Assembly (NCBI GenBank): GCA_964388365.1
Contig: CAYMAF010000002.1
Location: 1 to 53,184 of the forward strand
Length of the DNA: 53,184 nt
Reading direction: 5' to 3'
DNA from: an uncultured Gammaproteobacteria bacterium
Lineage (GTDB): Bacteria; Pseudomonadota; Gammaproteobacteria; Steroidobacterales; Rariloculaceae
Shown here: in pieces, positions 35,721 through 43,934 of the stretch
Layout of the letters: each line of letters starts with the position of its first letter
Numbering within the stretch: the first letter of the stretch is position 1
Position numbers and translations under genes: made by a program
The notes under the pieces: model-generated
What the model was told of the DNA's origin: nothing
Database searches by the model: none
Seen by the model: the letters and a program-made list of their open reading frames with translations, nothing else

Positions 35721-36398
35721 TCAGCGCCGGCCGCCGACCTCGTCGATGTGCTTGAGAAGATCCGCCGGATCCTCGTAGACCCGGTATGCGCTGGCCCGCA
35801 CGAGCTCGTCCTCGCCGTAGCCTCCGGAGAGCAACCCTACGCCGAGCGCACCTGCACGCCGCGCGGCGAGCATGTCCCACACGCTATCGCCGACGACACA
35901 CGCGCTCTCGATGGGGTGCCCGAGCAGCTCCGCCGCCGCGAGAAACAGGTCGGGGTCCGGTTTCGCGTATTTGACCATGTCGCGGGTGACGACCGGCGTG
36001 CGCTCGCGATCGATCCCTAGCATCGAGAGTATCGGCCCCGCTGTCTCGATGTGGCCGCTCGTCGCGACCGCCCAGGGGATACCCGCATCCGTCAGGTAAT
36101 CGAGCAGCTCGCGGGCGCCCGGCAGCGGACGTACTTGCCCGGAACGTCGCTTGTACGCTTCGCGGTGAGCCTTGACCAGCCGCTCGATCCGGCTGGGTTC
36201 GATCTCGACCCCGGTCTCGCGCAGCAGCATGTTCGTGAACAGGCCGCCCGACATGCCGATCTTGCGGTGTATGCGCCAGACGGCGAGGTCGATGCCGTCG
36301 CTGCGCAGCGCTTCGTGCCAGGCGAGCACATGCTCGTAGACGCTGTCGACCAGCGTGCCGTCGAGATCGAAGATGAAGGATGTTTGGCGCGCGGGCAT
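35721..36398 (-). CDS. HAD-superfamily hydrolase (phosphoglycolate phosphatase / beta-phosphoglucomutase-like subfamily IA)
   Basis: Motif I FIFDLDGTLVDS, motif II ATSG, motif III/IV KPDPDLF...VGDSVWDMLAARRAG. 225 aa. Confidence 0.85.
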   Translation of the reverse strand: MPARQTSFIFDLDGTLVDSVYEHVLAWHEALRSDGIDLAVWRIHRKIGMSGGLFTNMLLRETGVEIEPSRIERLVKAHREAYKRRSGQVRPLPGARELLDYLTDAGIPWAVATSGHIETAGPILSMLGIDRERTPVVTRDMVKYAKPDPDLFLAAAELLGHPIESACVVGDSVWDMLAARRAGALGVGLLSGGYGEDELVRASAYRVYEDPADLLKHIDEVGGRR

Positions 36399-36613
36399 GT
36401 TGAAATCTTAGCGCAACCCTTTCGCGGCGAAAGCCTCGTGCGCGAAGCGTGCCAAGACCGGGCTGGTCTTCCGCTGTATTGGAAGGAAGCGCACAGCGCA
36501 TAGGATTGCATTCACACGTCATCGCTTGCCAGTCGGGACCCGGTGCCGCCCCCAGCATCAAGTCTATCTCCTCACGGTAGACTGAGTTCCGACACCTTGC
36601 ACAGGAGGCGGCA

Positions 36614-37276
36614 ATGAGCGAGCTATACGGCGAAGCACACCGCGCGTATCAGGATCGGCACGGCACCCGACGCCTGGCAGATCGGCTCGAAGCGCTCGCA
36701 CACGCCGAGCTCGATCCGAACGAGCGCGCCTTCATCGAAAGCGCCGCGTACTTTTTTCTGAGCACCGTCGATGAGCGGGGCAGGCCCACGGTCTCGTACA
36801 AGGGCGGGCGGCCGGGTTTCGTCCGCGTCGCAGGCCCTGCCGAGCTCGAGTTTCCAGTCTACGACGGTAACGGCATGTTTCTCTCGCTGGGCAACATCGC
36901 GAGCACGGCGCAGATCGGGCTCCTTTTCATCGACTTCGAGTCGCCGCGCCGACTGCGCATCCACGGCACCGCGCGGCTGGTCCCGAACGACGGCCCCCGT
37001 CGGACTGCCGGCGCACTGTATTGGGTACACATCACGGTCGAGCAGGCGTTCGTCAACTGCGGGCGATACATCCACCAGCTCGAGTCCCGCAAGCTCTCCC
37101 CTCACGTGCCCGATCAGAATGGACGTCAGCCCTTCCCCGCGTGGAAGCGCCTCGATTTCATCGCGGACGCGCTCCCGGATCGGGATAGGAGCAAGGTCGA
37201 AGCGGCCGGCGGGACGATTCCTCTCGAGGCCTATCCGGGCGAGGACTCGCCGGGGACGGACCAGCCCGTGGGGTGA
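36614..37276 (+). CDS. Pyridoxamine 5'-phosphate oxidase-fold (FMN-binding split barrel) family protein
   Basis: FIESAAYFFLSTVDERGRPTVSYKGGRPGFVRV...YDGNGMFLSLGNI...RLRIHGTA is the typical PNPOx-like pattern. SD-like AGGAGG precedes the ATG. Confidence 0.7.
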   Translation: MSELYGEAHRAYQDRHGTRRLADRLEALAHAELDPNERAFIESAAYFFLSTVDERGRPTVSYKGGRPGFVRVAGPAELEFPVYDGNGMFLSLGNIASTAQIGLLFIDFESPRRLRIHGTARLVPNDGPRRTAGALYWVHITVEQAFVNCGRYIHQLESRKLSPHVPDQNGRQPFPAWKRLDFIADALPDRDRSKVEAAGGTIPLEAYPGEDSPGTDQPVG

Positions 37277-37534
37277 CGCAGGGCCATGGTGGGGGACATG
37301 ATCGACACGATCGGCGCGGGACGTCGAGGACGCCGGGCGGTAACCGGGCGGGTGGCGAGCGCGGATCGGAGCGAACGAGGTCGTTGACGAAGCAATTGCC
37401 GGCGTGCAGCCGGCGCGCGGCAAAGCGAGAGGCTCGATTCGGAAGCGGCGGTCGAGCGCTTCGGCGCTTTCTCCGACGATCTCGAGCAGCAGACTGAGCT
37501 CCGCAGCTCCTTCCGCAGGAAGTGCTGGAGCATT

Positions 37535-37565
37535 GCCGGCGACGAGGCCGTGCCTCGTCGCCGGC
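37535..37565. terminator. Perfect 13-bp GC hairpin 26 nt downstream of the minus-strand hydrolase-like gene
   Basis: GCCGGCGACGAGG-ccgtg-CCTCGTCGCCGGC. No U tract. Confidence 0.45.
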
Positions 37566-37591
37566 ATCCAGCGGACGCTGCGGGCTGCTTG

Positions 37592-39163
37592 TCAGAAGGC
37601 GTTATAGGCGCGCTCTCGATTCTTCGCCTTCAGACGCATCCCATCTTCCGGCAATAGCCAACGCTGGGCGACGAGCCGCTCGATTTCAGCCTCATACAGC
37701 TTGATGTAGCGCTCGGGTGTGCCGTAGCGACGGACGAGTTCCTCGGTCGGGAGCGCCTCACGAACGAAAAACACGCTGGGATAAAGGTTATCGGCCTTGC
37801 ATCCCGGCCGGTCGTCGCGCGTATACCGGCCGTATCTCGCCAACGGCACCTCGTACTCCGCGGCCCTGATACCGCCGATCGCATTCCCGACGCTGTCGCG
37901 GACGAGGCCGTTCGCGTTGCGCTCGATGGGCAGCCCTCGAGGCGGCGTGATGCCGTGAAGGACCCAGTTCCGCAGATTCTCCACGGCGGCTCGGACGAAA
38001 GCCGCCTGGGGAATGTCGCTAGGCGGAAGATCGCATTCGAATATCGACACCGTCGACACGTCGGTGAACTGATACCCCTTATCCCGCAGCTGCACCTCAT
38101 GAGGCAGATCCAGCCACGAAAGGGTCGGATCGACCAGGTTGTCCGTGTGGACGACACCGGCGAGCTCGTAAACGCGGTGGCCGCCAATCGACTCGTCGCT
38201 GTCGGGCTCGTTCGGCGAGGTCAACGCGTTGCCCAGCTCGACTTCGCTTTCCGTCAGGAACTCGATGACGCGAGCATCCGTTTTCTTGAGGATCCTTCGA
38301 GGATCGTCGAGCGGCACGAACGGCTCGTCATTGTAGAGCGGGAGGTAGCCCGGATCGTTATGAGCCGATGAGACGCCGATCAGGTATCCATCGAATACCG
38401 GCCGTCCATCGGGCAGACGAATACGCTCGTGAAAACCTTCGTTGATGTACGTGCGCTGTATGCTCCCCGTGTACGACCAGCCGCCGATCAGCATCGCCGT
38501 CACCGTGAGGTCTTTGAGAGGGTTATCGGCGTCGTTGCTGCGTAGCTTCTTGCCGATATCCCCCATGACTTCGAAGCGAATACCTTCCTCCTCGGGCCAG
38601 CTAATCTCGGCGTAGCGCTCAGGATTGAACCACTTGAGAATGCGGTTGTGACCGATCGGCCCCGAAGGCTCCGGGAAGCTCGGGCTACCGGACCAGCCTT
38701 TCGATGCGTCCCCGACCCCGGCGAACACGTAGATGTCCCCGCGCGCCATGATGTAGTTGCTGAGCACCTGCCAGTGACCATTCCACCCATGGGTCGGGTG
38801 AACGGGCTCGAAGTGCACCACGCCGCTGAACTTCGCGGGATCGGCTGGCCGACGAATCACGATCCGCGTCGTATAAGGCAGCTTGTCCGTCCGCGCCTTG
38901 AGACCGTTGGTCGTGCGCTCGTAGGCGGCAGCCCGGCCGTCGACGAAGTACTCTTCCTCGACATAACCGAACTCGGCGAGGTTCACGCCCAAGTTCGCGC
39001 CGCGATAATCGGCAGGGCCGTACATCGGGTTATCCGCATCGAAGGGCACCGGCCCCCTGACGGCGGAAACCTGCGCGGCGGACGGCACGGCCGTTGCGAG
39101 CATCCCCGCCGCCACCAGAGCGCCCGAAACTCCGCACTTTCTTAGGAAGGCATTGTTGCGCAT
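37592..39163 (-). CDS. Secreted protein with an alpha/beta-hydrolase-domain (Abhydrolase_10-like) appearance; function unknown
   Basis: Signal peptide MRNNAFLRKCGVSGALVAAGMLATAVPSAAQ. EEEYFVDGRAAAY...YTTRIVIRRPADPAKFSGVVHFEP resembles the opening of that family from memory. Lies 51 nt downstream of a TonB receptor gene on the same strand. Confidence 0.5.
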   Translation of the reverse strand: MRNNAFLRKCGVSGALVAAGMLATAVPSAAQVSAVRGPVPFDADNPMYGPADYRGANLGVNLAEFGYVEEEYFVDGRAAAYERTTNGLKARTDKLPYTTRIVIRRPADPAKFSGVVHFEPVHPTHGWNGHWQVLSNYIMARGDIYVFAGVGDASKGWSGSPSFPEPSGPIGHNRILKWFNPERYAEISWPEEEGIRFEVMGDIGKKLRSNDADNPLKDLTVTAMLIGGWSYTGSIQRTYINEGFHERIRLPDGRPVFDGYLIGVSSAHNDPGYLPLYNDEPFVPLDDPRRILKKTDARVIEFLTESEVELGNALTSPNEPDSDESIGGHRVYELAGVVHTDNLVDPTLSWLDLPHEVQLRDKGYQFTDVSTVSIFECDLPPSDIPQAAFVRAAVENLRNWVLHGITPPRGLPIERNANGLVRDSVGNAIGGIRAAEYEVPLARYGRYTRDDRPGCKADNLYPSVFFVREALPTEELVRRYGTPERYIKLYEAEIERLVAQRWLLPEDGMRLKAKNRERAYNAF

Positions 39164-39214
39164 CGAAATCCTCTTCTATTCAAAGCGTTTTCGAAAGATT
39201 CGAAGAACGGAATC

Positions 39215-41542
39215 TCAGTACCGATAGGTTGCGTTGATACCAAAGGTCCTCGGTCTGGGCGCCTGGGCTCTGAACAGGACGGAATAGGGCGCTGCACGGA
39301 AGTGCTGCAGATTCGCCTTATCCAAGGCGTTGTCTACGAACAGGTTGACATCCACGCCGGAGCGGCGGATGCCGACGCGCAAGTCGAGGTTGTCCATCGA
39401 CTGAATGGGATCGTTCAATGGATCGAAGCCGAAGTCCGTCGGCAAACCTCGAGGTGCGGCATCGGTGTGCTGGTAATCCGCTCTCGCGTAGCCGTCCATG
39501 CTCGGCGAGAACGTGAAGTCATACTGCACGGATAGCGTAAAGGTTCGCGGAATCGTGGGAAGCTTCGAACCTTTCGTTCGCACGACCACCGGCGGCACCG
39601 AGTAGATCGTGTCGTCGAAGTACACCTTGTTGTAGCCGAACGACGAGCTGATCGTCAGACCATCGATGATTTGGGCGTTGAGCGCGACGTCGAAGCCTTT
39701 CGACGTGACTGAACCCAGATTGACGATGAAGGCGCTGCCGCACGACGGGAGAATGATTCGCTGCTGAATGTCGCTCCAGTCGATGACGAATACGCTCGAG
39801 TCGATGCTGATCGAGCGGCCGAACCTCTTCTTCGCGCCCACCTCGTAGGACCAGAGGCTGTCGGACTTGTACGTGGTAGGCGTTTCGGTGAGCCCGAGCT
39901 CGTCGAGATCCGGCACGCAGCGGATCGAGTTCTCCTTGGGCTGCGAGCCGCCCACTCTGAATCCTTTCGCGGCCGACGCGTAAAAGAGGAGGCTCGGATC
40001 GGCCTGATAGGAGATCCCGAGCTTCGGCGTGATTGGGTCCTCCTTTTGATTCACGTGCGTGAGGTCCTCCCCGCCGTTCAACGGGCCATCACCGTAAATA
40101 TCGGCCTTGAATGTGGTTCTCGACGCCCGCAAGCCCGCCGTCAGCTTGAGCTTCTCCGTAAGGTGGATATCCGCTTGCGCGAAAACGGCGGTCTGCTCGT
40201 CGACGGAATTGGTGATGCCCCGATAGAACACGTCGCCGGGCAGAAGCTCGGCCCCGAAGATGTCGACCAGCCCGAAAGCGCCGTCGGTGGCCTGCCGGAT
40301 CAGCTGATCGGTGTAGGGCGAGATGATGTCTTGGTACGACCGCTGCTTCGAGCGAAGGTAGAATGCACCGACCAGCCAGTCCACGCGATCTCCCGTGTAC
40401 TGCAGCCGGAACTCCTGCGTGAACGCCTTCTGGGTGTCTTCGTGAACGGCGCTTTCGTACTGACCGTCGATGGTGATGTACGGAACGAGCGTGCTGTTGA
40501 GCTCGGCGGACTGATACGTGTAGTCGAACATCTGATCCAGCTCGTGCTCGAAGTATGACGTGTTCGAGACGAACTGAAAGCGTCCGAGGTCGACCTCCGT
40601 CAGCAGGCTCGAAAGCAGAAACCAGTCCTTCGAAGGCAGCGGAAGCTGGTTCGGCGTGTTGTAGTCTCGCGAGTCTGGATCCGACGTGATCGTGAATATC
40701 TGCGCGATATCGTCAGCCTCGTTCTCCTGATAATAGATCGACGGAAGAATCGAAACCGCCGGGCCCGGCTCCCACAGGAAGTCCACTTTGAACGCCTGGG
40801 AATCCTGCTGGTTGATGTTCTTTTGAATCTTGGTCGGGTCGTATCCGCTCTCGACCAGCGGCCCGACCCGATCGACCCACCCGCCGTCGTGCCGATACCA
40901 GCCGCTCACGCGCATGCCGAGCTTGTTCTCGATGAGGGGAAGTCCCAGCGCGGCGCCGGCCTCGTAGTTCGCGCTTCCGCCCTCGATGCTCGACAGCTCG
41001 GTCCTTCCGTAGACTTGCATCTCGTTCAGATCCGGACGGGGCGTAATGAATCGTACCGCGCCGCCTTGGGCGCCTGCACCGAAGAGCGTACCTTGCGGTC
41101 CGCGAAGCACCTCGACGCGCTCGAGATCGAAGATCAATGGATAGGCCGCGGCGGCGGTCACTCCGATCATCCGGACTTGGACCGGAGTATCGTTGATGTA
41201 GACGCCGGTCGTGGCCGCACCGATCGTCGAGCTGATTCCGCGTATGGCCATATTGGTTTGATGACCGTTGCCGCCCGCCGATCGAGCGAAGGTAAGCCCG
41301 GGCGATATTCGGGCGATGTCGTCGACGCGGCGAACGTGCAGGGCGTCCAGAGAGTCCTGGTCGTAAGCGGAAATGCTGATCGGGACTCGGCTGATCGTTT
41401 CAGTTTGCCTTGTCGCGGTAACGACGATCTCCTCCACAGGGGGAGCAGCGCTGTCCGCCTGGGACAGCGCGGTGTTGGAAACGGGCAAAGCGGCGCCGAC
41501 GAGCAGTAGCCGAACGTACGTCGAGACGTTATAGGTGTTCAT
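39215..41542 (-). CDS. TonB-dependent outer-membrane receptor (no STN extension)
   Basis: Start chosen at ATG 41542 (MNTYNVSTYVRLLLVGAALPVSNTALSQA), preceded by GAGGAAGG. Plug EEIVVTATRQTETISRVPISISAY. C-terminal ...FGINATYRY aromatic terminus. Confidence 0.85.
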   Translation of the reverse strand: MNTYNVSTYVRLLLVGAALPVSNTALSQADSAAPPVEEIVVTATRQTETISRVPISISAYDQDSLDALHVRRVDDIARISPGLTFARSAGGNGHQTNMAIRGISSTIGAATTGVYINDTPVQVRMIGVTAAAAYPLIFDLERVEVLRGPQGTLFGAGAQGGAVRFITPRPDLNEMQVYGRTELSSIEGGSANYEAGAALGLPLIENKLGMRVSGWYRHDGGWVDRVGPLVESGYDPTKIQKNINQQDSQAFKVDFLWEPGPAVSILPSIYYQENEADDIAQIFTITSDPDSRDYNTPNQLPLPSKDWFLLSSLLTEVDLGRFQFVSNTSYFEHELDQMFDYTYQSAELNSTLVPYITIDGQYESAVHEDTQKAFTQEFRLQYTGDRVDWLVGAFYLRSKQRSYQDIISPYTDQLIRQATDGAFGLVDIFGAELLPGDVFYRGITNSVDEQTAVFAQADIHLTEKLKLTAGLRASRTTFKADIYGDGPLNGGEDLTHVNQKEDPITPKLGISYQADPSLLFYASAAKGFRVGGSQPKENSIRCVPDLDELGLTETPTTYKSDSLWSYEVGAKKRFGRSISIDSSVFVIDWSDIQQRIILPSCGSAFIVNLGSVTSKGFDVALNAQIIDGLTISSSFGYNKVYFDDTIYSVPPVVVRTKGSKLPTIPRTFTLSVQYDFTFSPSMDGYARADYQHTDAAPRGLPTDFGFDPLNDPIQSMDNLDLRVGIRRSGVDVNLFVDNALDKANLQHFRAAPYSVLFRAQAPRPRTFGINATYRY

Positions 41543-41764
41543 GTTTAATGATGCCTTCCTCTGAGCATCGTTCATGCGATGCTTGCAAGGTACCGTGCGC
41601 GTAAACGGCCGCAAGGTGTGTTGTGGACAGCGGCCATGCATAAGCGGACAGTCGCCGTTTGCGGAGGAGGATCGTTCATCGTTGCGCGAAACGCCGAAGC
41701 CTTTCGAACTGCGTAATGAGTGGTTTAGGCTTTGCCCGGCATCTCTTTTCCGCCGCCCGACGAC

Positions 41765-43228
41765 ATGATCGAAAATGACCCGGCCATCGTCGCCGCCCTT
41801 GTCGCCTACATGGCGATTTGCCTGCTGCTCGGTTTCATTGCGTACCGCCGCACGCGCACGCTAGGCGATTTCATTCTCGGCGGGCGCAAGCTCGGAAGCT
41901 GGGTCACGGCGCTGTCGGCCCAGGCGTCCGACATGAGCGGATGGCTGCTGATGGGCCTGCCCGGGCTCGCCTATCTTGCGGGTCTCGACGCCGCGTGGCT
42001 CGCGCTCGGGCTCGCGATCGGCACGTGGGCGAACTGGCGCTTCGTCGCGGCGAGACTTCGCACGAGAACCGAGCGCCTTGCAGATTCACTGACGCTGCCC
42101 GACTACTTCGAGCGCCGCTTCGTCGACCGCACGCGCGTGCTGCGCACGTTCACCGCGGTGTTCATCCTGATCTTCTTTGCGTTCTACACGAGCTCGGGGT
42201 TCGTCGCCGCGGGCAGGTTGTTCGAGACGCTGTTCGGCTTGCCGTACGTCGAAGCGATATTCTGGGGCTCGATCGTGATGCTCGCGTATACGTTCTTCGG
42301 CGGCTTTCTCGCCGTGAGCTGGTCCGACGTGCTGCAGGGCACACTCATGTTCGTCGCACTCGTGCTGGTTGCTGCGCTCGGAATCGAGCTCGCGGGCGGC
42401 CCGGAATCCGCCGTCGATGCGATCTCCGCACGGGATCCGAGCCTGCTCGATCCGTTCGTCGGCACCGGCGGCGAGGCGCTCGGGTTCATCGGCGTCGTAT
42501 CGCTCCTCGGCTGGGGCCTCGGGTATCCGGGCCAGCCGCACATCCTCGCGCGCTTCATGGCGATACGCGACGCCACGGAGCTCGTGACGTCGCGCCGCGT
42601 CGCAATGGCATGGGTCGTCACCGTGCTCGCCGCGGCCGTGATCGTCGGGCTCGTCGGCGTGGTCGCGCTCGATCCGCCGCTCGAGGGCGCGAGCAGCGAA
42701 ACGGTCTTCATCCGCCTCGCGACCGAGCTCTTCCCTCCGGCGGTCGCCGGCGTGTGCCTGGCCGGCATCCTCGCGGCGATCATGAGCACGGCGTCGGCGC
42801 AGCTTCTCGTGTCCTCGTCCGCGTTCGCGCAGGACTTCTACCGCGGGTTCTTTCGCCCGAACGCCGGCCGGGCGGAGCTGCTCTGGGCCGGCAGGCTCGC
42901 AGTGCTCGCGATCGCGATTGCCGCGTTCGTGCTCGGGCTCGATCCCGAGAGCCGAGTCCTGTCTCTCGTCGCGTGGGCGTGGGCCGGCTTCGGCGCCGCT
43001 TTCGGCCCGGCGATTCTGTTGTCGCTTTATTGGGAGCGGATGACGCGCAACGGCGCGCTCGCCGGTATCGTCGCCGGCGGCCTGACCGTGATCGTCTGGC
43101 CGCAGCTCGAGGGCACGCTGTTCGAGCTTTACGAGCTCGTGCCGGGATTCGTGCTCGCGACCGCGGCGATCGTCGTCGTTTCATTAGTCGAGTCGCGGAG
43201 CGCAAAGCGGGTCGTAGAAGGCGTGTAG
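41765..43228 (+). CDS. putP: Sodium/proline symporter (SSF family)
   Basis: Start at ATG 41765 (MIENDPAIVAALVAYMAICLLLGFIAYRRT). GGRKLGSWVTALSAQASDMSGWLLMGLPG is the PutP signature region. Confidence 0.85.
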   Translation: MIENDPAIVAALVAYMAICLLLGFIAYRRTRTLGDFILGGRKLGSWVTALSAQASDMSGWLLMGLPGLAYLAGLDAAWLALGLAIGTWANWRFVAARLRTRTERLADSLTLPDYFERRFVDRTRVLRTFTAVFILIFFAFYTSSGFVAAGRLFETLFGLPYVEAIFWGSIVMLAYTFFGGFLAVSWSDVLQGTLMFVALVLVAALGIELAGGPESAVDAISARDPSLLDPFVGTGGEALGFIGVVSLLGWGLGYPGQPHILARFMAIRDATELVTSRRVAMAWVVTVLAAAVIVGLVGVVALDPPLEGASSETVFIRLATELFPPAVAGVCLAGILAAIMSTASAQLLVSSSAFAQDFYRGFFRPNAGRAELLWAGRLAVLAIAIAAFVLGLDPESRVLSLVAWAWAGFGAAFGPAILLSLYWERMTRNGALAGIVAGGLTVIVWPQLEGTLFELYELVPGFVLATAAIVVVSLVESRSAKRVVEGV

Positions 43229-43283
43229 CCGGCACGGCGCCCGGGTGTGGCCGGCGTATTCATGCTGCTCATCGTAAGCCGCT

Positions 43284-43934
43284 TCACGGCCTGCGGCCGA
43301 CGTACCACCGAACACCGAGCGTCATCTCTCTCGTCGGCTTTCGCGGCAGATGGTACTGACGCACTTCTCCGATCAGCGCCCAGGTCGGTGCGAATGAGTA
43401 CTCCGCGCCTAAGCCGAGCAGCCAATCGCGGCCATCGATACGCGCTCGGTCGATTCGCGTTTCCTCGTTCTCGGTGGCGTAGGCGGCTTCCCAATCGAAT
43501 ACGCCGACTCGCGCGAGAAGCTCCACGCGCTCGAGAAGCGGTTGGCGATAGAGCCCGGAGACGACATAGCCGTCGCCGGAGCTCGGATGCACGTATGCGA
43601 GTCCCTCGGCCAGCTGGGGCGCGTCGAACGAGACCTTCACCTCACCCAGATCGAGATAGCCGGCTTCGACGGCCCATCGCTTCGAGACTGCATAGCCCGC
43701 TGCGATCTCGAACGTCGCGCGTTCCTCATCGACGGCCGTGACGGTCGCATTGATGCCCCGTGCCGCGAAATCGGATTCCAGATCGAACCGGCTGATGCCC
43801 GTATCCGCGAACCCGAGCCGCGCTGCAACATACAGCGAGCCGCGATCGAAACCGCGGTCGGCATACGCGATCGGATGCGCAAAGGCCATGACCGCCGCAA
43901 GGGCTGCGCACGCCGCACGCGAGACGCGGCGCAC
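43284..43934 (-). other. Signal-peptide-like segment plus 8-strand OmpA/OmpX-like beta-barrel module. It is either the true C-terminus of the giant protein or a separate 216-aa OMP starting at the in-frame GTG 43934
   Basis: VRRVSRAACAALAAVMAFAHPIAYA / DRG... is followed by eight amphipathic alternating strands: SLYVAARLGFA, TFEIAAGYAV, WAVEAGYLDLG, GYVVSGLYRQP, VELLARVGVFDW, DWLLGLGAEYSF, WALIGEVRQYH, MTLGVRWYV. Confidence 0.55.
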
